Source: an uncultured Eubacteriales bacterium
GTDB lineage: Bacteria; Actinomycetota; Coriobacteriia; Anaerosomatales; JAAXUF01
Reading direction: 5' to 3'
Length of the DNA stretch: 61,777 nt
NCBI GenBank assembly: GCA_964541375.1
Contig: CAZIPT010000003.1
Coordinates: 1 to 61,777, forward strand
Shown in pieces: positions 28,238 through 37,843 of the stretch (positions are counted from its first letter, which is position 1; each line of letters starts with the position of its first letter). Position numbers and translations under genes: made by a program. The notes beneath the pieces are model-generated. The model worked only from the letters and a program-made list of their open reading frames with translations. It was not told where the DNA came from and searched no databases.

Positions 28238-31200
28238 CGGCCACCTTCGGACCCGACTTGGAGCGGTCCAGTTTCTGGCTGACAACCTTGGACACGCCGT
28301 CGGCCTGCATGGAGACGCCGTAGAGAACGTCGGCCATCTCCATCGTGCGACGCTGGTGGGTGACGACGATGAACTGGGTCTGTCCGCGCAAAGAGTCAGT
28401 GAACGCGATGAAGCGACGCAGGTTGGTGTCGTCGAGCGCCGCCTCCACCTCGTCAAGGATGTAGAAGGGGCAGGGGCGCGTCCGGTAGACGGCGAAGAGC
28501 AGCGCCAGGGCGGTGAGCGACTTCTCGCCACCCGACATGAGCGTCATCTTCGAGAGCTTCTTGCCCCGCGGTTGTGCTATGACTTCGACGCCAGTCAGGT
28601 CGGGATCGTCCGGCTCGGTGAGCTGCAGCTGCGCGGTTCCGCCGGGGAATAGCAGCGCGAAGATCTCCTGGAATGAGCGGTCCACGACCTCGAACGTCTC
28701 CATGAAGCGGTCGCGCATCTTGCGATCGATGGCTGCAACCACCTTCTGCAGTGAGCGCCGGCTGCTGTCGAGGTCGTCGATCTGCGAGACCATGAACTCA
28801 CGCCTGCTGCGTAGGGACTCGAACTCCTCCATCGCGATTGGGTTTACCGGGCCGAGGTTGGAGATCTGCTTGCGGAGCCGATGCGCTCTGTCCTCAGTGA
28901 CAGAGCGGTTCTCGATCTCCACACCCGACAGGGCCGTCTCGAGCGGAATGCCCATCTCCTCGACGATGCGGCGCACCGCCTGGTTGACCTGGACCTCGAG
29001 CTGGCCCTTCTCAACGCGCAGGTCGGTCGCCGATTCGCCCTTGCCGTCGATCTCGGACTGCACCTCACGCACTGCGGCCTGCGCTGCGAGAATGGTCTCG
29101 CGGAGCGACTCCGAGTCCGCCTGCTCGAACCGGGCGCGGTCTTTGAGCTTGTGGGCCCAATGGTCCGCCCGCTCCTGGAGGACGACATAGAGGTCGTGAA
29201 CGGGCTCGATCCGCTGGCGCAGCAGCTCCAAGGCGATCTCGCTCTCGCGCGCGGAGCGAACCGTATCGGCCAGCTCACGGAGCTCGGAGTTGATAGTGTT
29301 GACCTGGCGCTTGAGATGGACCTCGCGTTCCGAGACCGTCGCAATCTCGACCTGGCAGGTGCTGAGCCTCTCGGAGACGGCACTCTCTTCCCTGAATCGC
29401 AGGTCGCGCTGCTCACGAGATACGACCGACGCCTCTTCCAGCCGATCAAGCTCCGCTTCCGACGCGGTGATCCGAGCCGCCAACGCGGCCGCCGTCGGGC
29501 GGTCCTTGTCAGTCCGCGCACGGATGTCGGCGATGCGCTCGTCTACGCCTTCTGTCTCCGAGTCCAGGCTGCGGAGCTGTTGCTCCAACCGGCCGACTTC
29601 TTCGAGGAGCGAATCGTGCTCGCCGGTGAAGCCGGCGATCTTCTGCGAGAGTTCCAGCGCGTCTTGCTGGGCGGCCGCAACGGCCTCCTCGGCATCCATC
29701 ACCACGGACTCGGCGTCGCCGACCGAGGCGGTGAGTGCTCCGCTGTCGTCGTGGAGCTCGTTCAGACGCCGCTTCCGCGCTAGCACACCTTCGGTGTCAC
29801 TGACCTGGGTACCGAGCGTGAGCTTGCCGGTCGGCCAGACGACTGCGCCTCCCGCGGTCGCGAACCGCGCACCGCTCTTGTCGGCGGCAGAGAGCGCGAT
29901 CGCCTCGTCGATGCTGTCGACCACGAACACGTCGCCAAGAAGCGCTTCCACGGCTGCAACAGCTGAGTCTTCGTACTTCAGGTCGTCGATCAACCGCCTT
30001 CCGGCGCTCGGCGTGCCCAAGAGCCGGGTCCGCGAACCAACAAGCGGCACCAGAGACATCTCCCCCGCCGCATGCTCCACGATCTGGGCGGCTATGCCCG
30101 ATGCGGCCACCGAGTCGGCTACCAGTAGCCCGAACAGGTCGGCGCCCAAGAGCCGCTCGACCAGCACCTCGTAGTGCTGTGGCGCGCTGATTGCCTCGGC
30201 CACAGGGCCGACGAGCCCCGTAAGCGCACGCTCCTGCGCAAGCGCCCACGCCAGCGCCGGAGACGCGCTGGCAAAGGCACGGTCGACCTCTTCCAGGCCT
30301 CGCGCTTCGGCGCGGGCTTCAGTCAGCCGGTCCCGGAGCGCGTCGAGGTCCCGGCGACGGGAGTCAAGCACGCGTACCCGCTTGTCCACGTCGGAGTCGG
30401 CCGCCGCGATCTCTCGCCGCGAGCGCGCGATCTGGCCAGCAAGCGTCTCCAGGCGAGAGCGCCTGGCCGACAGCGTCGATTGGGCCACCTGGCGTTGCTC
30501 GCGAATCTGCTCGGCACGCTGGCCCAGAAGCTCTTCCTCGAGGCGGAACGCACTCAGAGCCTGCTCGGCCTTAGCGATCTCGGCGCGATCGTCCTCAAGC
30601 AATTTGCGACTCCGGCGTATCTCTGCGGTGATACGGCCGAGTTCGTCGTCGGCGGCCATCCGCGCCTTCCGGACGCCCTCGGCTTCTCGGCGCAGCTCAT
30701 TGAGCTGGCCGTAGAGCGCCTTGAGCCTCGCGTCCGTTTCGCTGCGGTCCTGCGAGAGCCGGTCGAGCTCGCCCGCACGAGTGGCGGAGCGTGTCTCGGA
30801 GTGGTGAAGCTTCTGACGCAGCTCGGAAAGCCGGCCGATGAGGTTCTTGCCCTTCTCTTCGAGCAGCAACAGACCCGCATCAAGCCGCTCGAGAATCGAC
30901 AGCATGCGGCGGCGTTGCTCCGAGAGGTCGCCGACGAACAGCCCCTTCTCCTCGAGCAGCGACTGGAACTTGCCGAGTTCCCGCTCTTTCTCGGCGAGGC
31001 GGTAGCGCGACAGGTCGATGTCGGCGTCGGCCTCCTTCTCGCGCTTGGCGAGCTCGTCCCAGACCGACTGAAGTCTGCGCAGGTCATCCACTGCCAGCGT
31101 CAGATCGAGGTCGCGGAGCTCGGCGACGAGACCGGCGTGCTCCTGCGCCTTGGTCGCCTGACGCTGCAGCGGCCGGAGCTGCCGGTCGATCTCGGAGGCG

Positions 31201-31781
31201 ATGTCGCGCGCGCGCTCGAGATGCGCGTCCATGTGCGAAAGCTTGCGCAGCGCGCGTTCCTTGCGCTTCTTGTGCTTCAGAACGCCTGCGGCCTCTTCGA
31301 TCAGCGACCGACGGTCTTCCGGGCGCGAGTTGAGAACCTCGTCGAGCCGTCCCTGGCTGATGATCGAGTGTGTGTCTCGGCCAAGTCCCGAGTCGTGCAG
31401 CAGGTCCTGGATGTCCATCAGCCGCGCGGGAGCGTTGTTGATGAGGTACTCGCTTTCGCCGCTGCGATACATGCGGCGCGTGATGGTGACCTCGGTGAAC
31501 TCCAGCGGGAGTTGCCCGTCCGAGTTGTCAAGCACGAGGTCGACCTCGGCGACGCCCACGGCCTGCCTCGCCGAGGAGCCCGCGAAGATCACATCCTCCA
31601 TCGCCTGGCCGCGGAGCGTCTTGGCTGACTGCTCGCCGAGAACCCAGAGCACAGCGTCGGAGATGTTCGACTTGCCGGATCCGTTCGGGCCGACGATGAC
31701 CGTCACGCCCGGTTCGAGCTCCATGGTGCTCTTGTCGGCGAACGACTTGAAGCCCTTGAATATGAGCGACTTGAGGTGCAC
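28218..31781 (-). CDS. smc: Chromosome segregation protein SMC
   Basis: ORF 28218..31781-, GTG start after GAGGGGGA. MHLKSLIFKGFKSFADK, GPNGSGKSN, long coiled coils with a hinge, LSGGEKSLTALAL, YILDEVEAALD. Confidence 0.95.
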   Translation of the reverse strand: MHLKSLIFKGFKSFADKSTMELEPGVTVIVGPNGSGKSNISDAVLWVLGEQSAKTLRGQAMEDVIFAGSSARQAVGVAEVDLVLDNSDGQLPLEFTEVTITRRMYRSGESEYLINNAPARLMDIQDLLHDSGLGRDTHSIISQGRLDEVLNSRPEDRRSLIEEAAGVLKHKKRKERALRKLSHMDAHLERARDIASEIDRQLRPLQRQATKAQEHAGLVAELRDLDLTLAVDDLRRLQSVWDELAKREKEADADIDLSRYRLAEKERELGKFQSLLEEKGLFVGDLSEQRRRMLSILERLDAGLLLLEEKGKNLIGRLSELRQKLHHSETRSATRAGELDRLSQDRSETDARLKALYGQLNELRREAEGVRKARMAADDELGRITAEIRRSRKLLEDDRAEIAKAEQALSAFRLEEELLGQRAEQIREQRQVAQSTLSARRSRLETLAGQIARSRREIAAADSDVDKRVRVLDSRRRDLDALRDRLTEARAEARGLEEVDRAFASASPALAWALAQERALTGLVGPVAEAISAPQHYEVLVERLLGADLFGLLVADSVAASGIAAQIVEHAAGEMSLVPLVGSRTRLLGTPSAGRRLIDDLKYEDSAVAAVEALLGDVFVVDSIDEAIALSAADKSGARFATAGGAVVWPTGKLTLGTQVSDTEGVLARKRRLNELHDDSGALTASVGDAESVVMDAEEAVAAAQQDALELSQKIAGFTGEHDSLLEEVGRLEQQLRSLDSETEGVDERIADIRARTDKDRPTAAALAARITASEAELDRLEEASVVSREQRDLRFREESAVSERLSTCQVEIATVSEREVHLKRQVNTINSELRELADTVRSARESEIALELLRQRIEPVHDLYVVLQERADHWAHKLKDRARFEQADSESLRETILAAQAAVREVQSEIDGKGESATDLRVEKGQLEVQVNQAVRRIVEEMGIPLETALSGVEIENRSVTEDRAHRLRKQISNLGPVNPIAMEEFESLRSRREFMVSQIDDLDSSRRSLQKVVAAIDRKMRDRFMETFEVVDRSFQEIFALLFPGGTAQLQLTEPDDPDLTGVEVIAQPRGKKLSKMTLMSGGEKSLTALALLFAVYRTRPCPFYILDEVEAALDDTNLRRFIAFTDSLRGQTQFIVVTHQRRTMEMADVLYGVSMQADGVSKVVSQKLDRSKSGPKVADEHALV

Positions 31782-31841
31782 GGTCCCCCTCGAATTGGCG
31801 TGTGAACGTAAGGGGCCGCAATACCCCCAAAAGCGTGAGTC

Positions 31842-31850
31842 AGTTTAGCA
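31842..31850 (-). promoter_or_regulatory. Candidate extended -10 element upstream of smc
   Basis: Minus strand TGcTAAACT about 55 nt upstream of the smc GTG; -35 is poor. Confidence 0.25.
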
Positions 31851-31873
31851 CAGGGGTTGCGCGAATCAGGTGC

Positions 31874-32623
31874 TCAGGAACGCTTGGGAGGACGCTTCCG
31901 GGCCGGCTTGGCCAGGTGTCCGATCGCGGCCGCGGCCGCCTCCGCCTCCGCCTCCTTCTTGGTTTGGCCGGTACCACTTCCCACGACCGTGCCACCCACC
32001 GAAACCTCGACGGTGAACGTTCGGGCATGAGGAGGGCCGTCCTGGGAGACCAGGTGGTATGTGGGCGCATTGCCCCGGGCCTGCAGCCTCTCCTGGAGCT
32101 CGGACTTGGGGTTCTCGAGCGATACCGCGACGTCCTCGCTGATAAGCGGGCCGAGGGTTGCCAGCACCCAGCCACGGGCGGTGTCCAGACCCGCATCCAG
32201 ATAGAGCGCCGCAACCAGGGCCTCGTAGACGTTGCCCAGGGCGCTCTTCAGTCCGCGCCCTCCCGTCCCACGCTCGCTCTGTCCGACCACGAGTGCATCG
32301 GCCAGACCCAGTTCTGCAGCGACCTTGCCTAGCGCCGATCGTGAGACGACTGAAACCCGGATCCGCGTCAGGCCGCCTTCGTCCATCGATGGGAACCTTC
32401 GGAACAGCTCCTCGGCGATGAGGAATCCCACGATGGAATCCCCGAGGAACTCCAACCGCTCGTAGTAGGCGTTGGGATCACGCACCTCGACCGCGGATGG
32501 ATGCGTCAGTGCCCGCCGCGCGAGATCCTTGTCGGCGAAGGTGTGGCCGAGAATCGTCTCCGCCAGTTCAATACGCTGGCGGACATCGACGGGTGACGCC
32601 TCGGGCTTCCGGCCTCGTGTCAT
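31874..32623 (-). CDS. rnc: Ribonuclease III
   Basis: ORF 31874..32623-. ERLEFLGDS catalytic motif, a dsRBD, and a short basic C-terminal tail. Confidence 0.93.
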   Translation of the reverse strand: MTRGRKPEASPVDVRQRIELAETILGHTFADKDLARRALTHPSAVEVRDPNAYYERLEFLGDSIVGFLIAEELFRRFPSMDEGGLTRIRVSVVSRSALGKVAAELGLADALVVGQSERGTGGRGLKSALGNVYEALVAALYLDAGLDTARGWVLATLGPLISEDVAVSLENPKSELQERLQARGNAPTYHLVSQDGPPHARTFTVEVSVGGTVVGSGTGQTKKEAEAEAAAAAIGHLAKPARKRPPKRS

Positions 32624-32633
32624 GGCCGGCTAC

Positions 32634-33863
32634 TCAGACGCGCGCGAGAATCAGCGTCGCGTTATGTCCGCCGAAACCAAAGGAGTTGCTCATCGTCACT
32701 GCGAGATCGGCCTCGCGCGCGACCAGCGGTACGTAGTCCAGGTCGCACTGCGGATCGGGGTCCGTGAGGTTGATGGTCGGAGGGATGAGGCCGTTCTCCA
32801 TCGCCAGAACGCAGACCGCGGCTTCGGCCGCTCCTGCTCCGCCGAGCATGTGGCCCATCATGGACTTCGTTGAGCTCACGGGGGGTGCGCACGTGCCGAA
32901 CACTCGCTTTATGGCGTTGGTCTCGGCGACGTCGCCCACCTCGGTCGACGTGCCGTGCGCGTTGATGTAGTTGACGTCGCAGGGGGCCAGTTCCGCCTGC
33001 GCGAGGGCCATCTCCATCGAGCGTATAGCTCCGCTTCCGTCCGGCGCGGGAGCCGTGATGTGATACGCATCGGCCGTTGCACCGTAGCCAACGACCTCGG
33101 CGCGAATCCGCGCGCCACGCGCTACGGCGTGGTCCCAGTCCTCAAGCACGAGTACGCCGCCGCCCTCAGCTATGACGAACCCGTCACGACCGGCGTCCCA
33201 CGGCCGTGACGCCGCAGTAGGATCGTCGTTGCGAGTCGAGAGTGCACGTGCTGCGGCGAAGCCTGCGACACCCAGGGGTGTCACGCCTGCGTCGAAGCCG
33301 CCTGCGACGATCACGTCCGCAGTTCCTCGGCGAATGGCCTCGGCCGCCTCACCGATCGCGTGCGAGCCCGTCGCGCAAGCCGAGACGGGCGCGTAGTTGA
33401 TGCCCTTGAGGTTCCAGCGAATCGAGATCTGCCCGGCCGCGAGGTCGACGATCATCATCGGCACGAGCATCGGACTGATGCGGCTCGGTCCCCGCTCGGC
33501 CAGGAGCATGCACTGCTCCTCCATGAGGCCGAGTCCGCCGATGCCGGAACCGACGATGCAGCCCGCACGAACTGCCAGCGTCTCGTCGATCTCGGTCAGC
33601 CCTGCGTCGGTCAGCGCCTCGTCAGCCGCCACCATGGCGAACTGCTGAAAGCGGGACATGTGACGCAACTCTTTCCGGTCGAGCACGCTGCTCGGGTCAA
33701 AGTCCCCTATGTAGCCCGCGAATGTGGTGCGGTACTCGGAGGCGTCGAAGTGCTCGATCGAGCTGATACCGCTCCTGCCGTTCGCCAGCGAGTCCCACAT
33801 AGCGGTGGTCCCCACGCCCGTGGGCGTGACGACGCCCAGCCCGGTGACGGCGACGCGTCTCAT
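32634..33863 (-). CDS. fabF: 3-oxoacyl-ACP synthase II
   Basis: ORF 32634..33863-. MRRVAVTGLGVVTP, active-site SACATGSHAIG, ...NAHGTST..., GHMLGGAG. Confidence 0.93.
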   Translation of the reverse strand: MRRVAVTGLGVVTPTGVGTTAMWDSLANGRSGISSIEHFDASEYRTTFAGYIGDFDPSSVLDRKELRHMSRFQQFAMVAADEALTDAGLTEIDETLAVRAGCIVGSGIGGLGLMEEQCMLLAERGPSRISPMLVPMMIVDLAAGQISIRWNLKGINYAPVSACATGSHAIGEAAEAIRRGTADVIVAGGFDAGVTPLGVAGFAAARALSTRNDDPTAASRPWDAGRDGFVIAEGGGVLVLEDWDHAVARGARIRAEVVGYGATADAYHITAPAPDGSGAIRSMEMALAQAELAPCDVNYINAHGTSTEVGDVAETNAIKRVFGTCAPPVSSTKSMMGHMLGGAGAAEAAVCVLAMENGLIPPTINLTDPDPQCDLDYVPLVAREADLAVTMSNSFGFGGHNATLILARV

Positions 33864-34840
33864 GAAGGCACCTCCGCAGCTTCGCGGTATTCAGCCTCGA
33901 GACGCTCCATCAGAACCGCGACCGTCGGGATGTCGTGGACGTCTGCGGCAGCCGAGCCCGCGAAGACCAACCCCTGCTCGACGTCGCCGCCCTGAGCCAT
34001 CTCAAGCTCGTTGATGATGCAGTACTCCTTGTGACACACCTTCAGACACGAGATGCACCGCTTGATGGGCGGGTAATCCTGCTCCTGCGTGCGCTGCCAG
34101 AAGGGATTCTTCAGCGCCCTGCCGGGAAGCCCAACCGGGCTCTTGACCAGCACGACGTCGTCGGGTGCCGCGTCGACGTACATCTGCTTGAACGCCTGCG
34201 GTGCCGACGACTCGACGGTCGCCGCGAACCGCGTCCCGATCTGGACTCCCGATGCCCCCAGTCGCAGCGTCTCGAAGATGCCGCGCCCCGTGGTGATTCC
34301 GCCAGCGCCGATGACCGGGATGCTGACCGCCGAGACGATCTCCGGCAGAAGGTCGAGCATCATCCGATCAGTGCCGAGATGCCCGCCGGCTTCGTAGCCT
34401 TCAACCACAACGGCTGACGCCCCGAACTTCTCGGACAGCTTCGCGACCCTGGGACTGCCGACGATCGGCACCATCGGCACCCCCGCCTCACGACACCATG
34501 TGAAGACGTCTCGCGAGAAGCCGGCGCCGGCGATCACCAGATCGATGCCTTCGTCCAGTGCCGCCTGAACCATCTCGCGGAACGCCTTGATGGCCACCAT
34601 GATGTTTACGCCGATGATTCCATCAGTGAGCGCCCGCGCCTTGCGGATCTCCCCGCGCAGTTCGTCGGGGGACAGTCCGCTTCCGGCGATGATACCGATG
34701 CCTCCCGCCTGTGCCACCGCCGCCGCGAGCGGAGAGAGGGAGATGCGCACCGCCATGCCGCCCTGGATGATTGGGAGCCTCGCAGTGCGGTTTCCGATGG
34801 TGAGGGTGGGCATATCCACAGACGGACCTTTCGGGGTCAC
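33860..34840 (-). CDS. NMO/FabK-family FMN (TIM-barrel) oxidoreductase, second paralogue, with C-terminal CxxCxxxCxxxxC motif
   Basis: ORF 33860..34840-. LPIIQGGMAV, ...EGYEAGGHLG..., ...GAGGITTGRG... resemble FabK/nitronate monooxygenase. Carries the extra motif KRCISCLKVCHKEYC. ATGA overlap with the fabF start. An alternative ATG start ends at 34813. Confidence 0.75.
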   Translation of the reverse strand: MTPKGPSVDMPTLTIGNRTARLPIIQGGMAVRISLSPLAAAVAQAGGIGIIAGSGLSPDELRGEIRKARALTDGIIGVNIMVAIKAFREMVQAALDEGIDLVIAGAGFSRDVFTWCREAGVPMVPIVGSPRVAKLSEKFGASAVVVEGYEAGGHLGTDRMMLDLLPEIVSAVSIPVIGAGGITTGRGIFETLRLGASGVQIGTRFAATVESSAPQAFKQMYVDAAPDDVVLVKSPVGLPGRALKNPFWQRTQEQDYPPIKRCISCLKVCHKEYCIINELEMAQGGDVEQGLVFAGSAAADVHDIPTVAVLMERLEAEYREAAEVPS

Positions 34841-34910
34841 GGGGGCCTTAGGAGTACGTGACTACACCCGGTGACCGCGAGCGGCCACCGGGTGGTTACG
34901 TGTTTGGGGA

Positions 34911-35150
34911 CTAGCCGTTCGAGTCGATGTAGGCAACCGCATCGCCAACGGTCTTGATGCTCTCTGCATCCTCATCGGGGATGGAGATGCCGAACTCCTC
35001 CTCAAGCGCCATGACCAGCTCGACGATATCGAGCGAGTCGGCGCCGAGGTCGTCGACGAACGCTGCATCTTCGACCACGTCGTCTTCCTCGACGTTAAGC
35101 TGCTCGACGATGACGGCCTTGACCTTCTCCAAAATCTCTTCGCGCTCCAT
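34911..35150 (-). CDS. acpP: Acyl carrier protein
   Basis: ORF 34911..35159- trimmed to the ATG at 35148-35150 ([18 protein letters not shown]...). GGAGG lies 8 nt upstream. LGADSLD phosphopantetheine site. Confidence 0.93.
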   Translation of the reverse strand: MEREEILEKVKAVIVEQLNVEEDDVVEDAAFVDDLGADSLDIVELVMALEEEFGISIPDEDAESIKTVGDAVAYIDSNG

Positions 35151-35220
35151 GCAACACACCTCCTTCCGAGTCTCACCAGCGGACTATGTCTCGGGCAAAT
35201 CGGTCGCCCGCTAGCGCACT

Positions 35221-35973
35221 TTACGTAAACGTCATCCCGCCGTCGATAGCCAGTGTCTGACCGGTGACGTAGCGGGCCTCGTCACTCGCAAGAAACGCGA
35301 CAGCGACCGCCACGTCATCAGGCGAGCCGAACGAGCGCATAGCGATGGTCTGCTTGGCAGCTTCGCGAACGTTCTCGGGAAGCTTCGCGGTCATGGCCGT
35401 CTCGATGAACCCTGGGGCCACAGCGTTTGCACGGACTCCCCTGCTGGCAAGCTCCTTTGCCGTGCTCTTGGTCAGGGCGATCACGCCCGCCTTAGCTGCA
35501 GCGTAGTTAGCCTGACCGGCGTTGCCGACAAGGCCGATGACGGAGGCCACGTTCACAATCGCACCGGTGCGGGCCTTCATCATCACTTTGCCCGCCGCAC
35601 GGGTGCAGTAGAAGACGCCCGTGAGGTTGGTGGAGATCACCGCAGCCCAGTCAGCGTCGCTCATGCGAACGATGAGCCCGTCGCGAGTGATCCCGGCATT
35701 GTTCACCAGTACGTCGAGCGCGCCGAACCTCTCGAGCACCGTGGAAACGAGCGCTTCGCACTGCTCCGAGTCGGTCACGTCCGCCGGAAACGCGGCCGCC
35801 GACCCGCCAGCACCTTCGATCTCAGCGACAACGCTCTCAGCATCGGCCTCGGTCCCAGGGTAGTAGTTGACCGCGACGACGGCGCCCTCGCTGGCGAGTC
35901 GAAGGGCGATTCTGGCTCCGATGCCGCTCGACGCGCCCGTCACGAGCGCGACCTTGCCGGCTAATCTGCTCAC
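35221..35973 (-). CDS. fabG: 3-oxoacyl-ACP reductase
   Basis: ORF 35221..35973-. VALVTGASSGIG, NNAGI, YAAAKAG. GTGA overlap with the fabD stop. Confidence 0.92.
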   Translation of the reverse strand: MSRLAGKVALVTGASSGIGARIALRLASEGAVVAVNYYPGTEADAESVVAEIEGAGGSAAAFPADVTDSEQCEALVSTVLERFGALDVLVNNAGITRDGLIVRMSDADWAAVISTNLTGVFYCTRAAGKVMMKARTGAIVNVASVIGLVGNAGQANYAAAKAGVIALTKSTAKELASRGVRANAVAPGFIETAMTAKLPENVREAAKQTIAMRSFGSPDDVAVAVAFLASDEARYVTGQTLAIDGGMTFT

Positions 35974-36887
35974 GATACCTCCTCGATGATTGCCTCCAGG
36001 CCTGCCGCCTCGACAGCGACCGGAGTCGCCCCCTCGACGCGCTTCGCCAGCCCCGCGAGCACTGCTCCCGGACCGGCTTCGATCAGTGTTGCCGGGCCCT
36101 CGGCGACCAGTGCCTGCATCGTCTCGGTCCAGCGCACGGGTGAGGTCATTTGCAACATGAGCCGCGAACGCAGCTCCTCAGCATCGGTCGATGGCGTGGG
36201 GTCGGTGTTCGACAGAACGGGATAGCTCGCCTCCTGGAAGGCGGTCTGCGAAAGAAGTCGGCCGAAGGACTCGGCCGCCCCGGCCATCAATGGAGAGTGG
36301 AAGGGTCCCGAGACCTCCAGCGGCACCACACGTCGCGCGCCTGTAGCCGCAAGCGCCGATGCTGCCGCGGAAACCCCGTCGTGCGTTCCGGAGATCACGA
36401 CCTGCCCCTGCGAGTTGTCGTTGGCAACCCAGACCCCCGGAATGCCCGCGAGCGTGTCGGCCACCAAGCCGGCCTCCAGGCCGAGCACCGCCGACATGGT
36501 GCCCGGGGACTCCACCGTCGCCTGGGCCATGTACCTACTGCGCTCGACCACAAGCTCAAGGCCGGCCTCCGGAGAGAACACGTCGGCCACTGCGAGGGCC
36601 GCGAGCTCACCCAGAGAGTGCCCCGCCACCGCAAAGGGAGCAACGCCGCTCGCGAGCAGTGTCACGCCCCACGCCCAGTCGCAGAGGAAGAGCAGTGGTT
36701 GGGCGACTCTCGTATCAGCCAGCTCGGATGGAGTACCTGAGCGAGAGATCGTGCGCAGGTCGAAACCGGAGAGAGCCTCCGCTGCATCGAGCAATCGCCC
36801 GAGGGAGTCCAGCTCCGGAAGATCGTCCACCATTCCAACGCGCTGAGATCCCTGTCCGGGAAAGACGAGTGCTGCACGCCCACTCAT
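35970..36887 (-). CDS. fabD: Malonyl-CoA:ACP transacylase
   Basis: ORF 35970..36887-. FPGQGSQRVGM, AGHSLGELAAL. Confidence 0.92.
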   Translation of the reverse strand: MSGRAALVFPGQGSQRVGMVDDLPELDSLGRLLDAAEALSGFDLRTISRSGTPSELADTRVAQPLLFLCDWAWGVTLLASGVAPFAVAGHSLGELAALAVADVFSPEAGLELVVERSRYMAQATVESPGTMSAVLGLEAGLVADTLAGIPGVWVANDNSQGQVVISGTHDGVSAAASALAATGARRVVPLEVSGPFHSPLMAGAAESFGRLLSQTAFQEASYPVLSNTDPTPSTDAEELRSRLMLQMTSPVRWTETMQALVAEGPATLIEAGPGAVLAGLAKRVEGATPVAVEAAGLEAIIEEVS

Positions 36888-36891
36888 CGGG

Positions 36892-37842
36892 CTACCCGGC
36901 CTCAGGGATCGAGCCGAGAGTGCGCATCACGGCCTCGGCGCCCGTCATCAGATCGTCGACGATAGCAGCCGCCGATTGGATCTCGCAGACCAGCGCCGAG
37001 GACTGACCCGCCATGAGCGAGCCCATATCCGTGTCACCGGTGCGCATTGCAAGCGCGAGCTTGCCGCTGCCAAGAGCCTCGATCTCTTCCGCCTGGTTGT
37101 TGCGGTCGAGCACTTCGATCTGCCGAGAAAGCTTGTTCTTCAAGACCCTGACCGGGTGGCCGGTTGAGCGTCCGGTCACGACGGTATCGCGGTCTTTGGC
37201 ACGTATGACCTGCGCCTTGACGTCGGGGTGAATCGTGCACTCCTCGGCGCACATGAAGCGCGTGCCGACCTGAACGCCTTCGGCGCCCAGCGCAAACGCT
37301 GCAGCCATCCCACGCCCATCAGCGATTCCGCCGGCGGCGACAACCGGGATTCCCACCGCGTCAACCAGCTGCGGGACGAGCACCATCGTGGTCAAGTCCC
37401 CGATGTGTCCCCCCGCCTCCATACCTTCACCAATGATCGCGTCCGCGCCGATTGACTCCATCCGCTTGGCCAGCGCAACCGAAGGCGCGATCGGCAGGAC
37501 CTTGATTCCCTGCTCCTTGAGAGCGGCCATATACTTGCCCGGGTTACCCGCGCCGGTGGTGACCACCCCGACGCCCTCTTCGAGCACCATGGCGACGATA
37601 TCGTCGATATGTGGGGTGAGCAGCATAAGGTTCACGCCGAACGGCCTGTCCGTAAGCAGCTTCGCGTTGCGAATCTCACTCCGCAGTACGTCCGTGGGCA
37701 TCTGGCCGGCACCGATGATGCCCAGTGCCCCCGCGTTGGAGACCGCCGCTGCCAGCTCCGCGGTGGCTGTCCAAGCCATACCGCCCTGGATGAGCGGATG
37801 CTCGACGCCGAGAAGCCTGCTGAGCCGGGTGTGAAACGCCAT
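36892..37842 (-). CDS. fabK: Enoyl-ACP reductase II (FMN-dependent, FabK type)
   Basis: ORF 36892..37842-. HPLIQGGMAW, TGAGNPGKYM, GEGMEAGGHIG, AAGGIADGRG closely follow the streptococcal FabK pattern. Confidence 0.88.
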   Translation of the reverse strand: MAFHTRLSRLLGVEHPLIQGGMAWTATAELAAAVSNAGALGIIGAGQMPTDVLRSEIRNAKLLTDRPFGVNLMLLTPHIDDIVAMVLEEGVGVVTTGAGNPGKYMAALKEQGIKVLPIAPSVALAKRMESIGADAIIGEGMEAGGHIGDLTTMVLVPQLVDAVGIPVVAAGGIADGRGMAAAFALGAEGVQVGTRFMCAEECTIHPDVKAQVIRAKDRDTVVTGRSTGHPVRVLKNKLSRQIEVLDRNNQAEEIEALGSGKLALAMRTGDTDMGSLMAGQSSALVCEIQSAAAIVDDLMTGAEAVMRTLGSIPEAG

Positions 37843-37843
37843 G

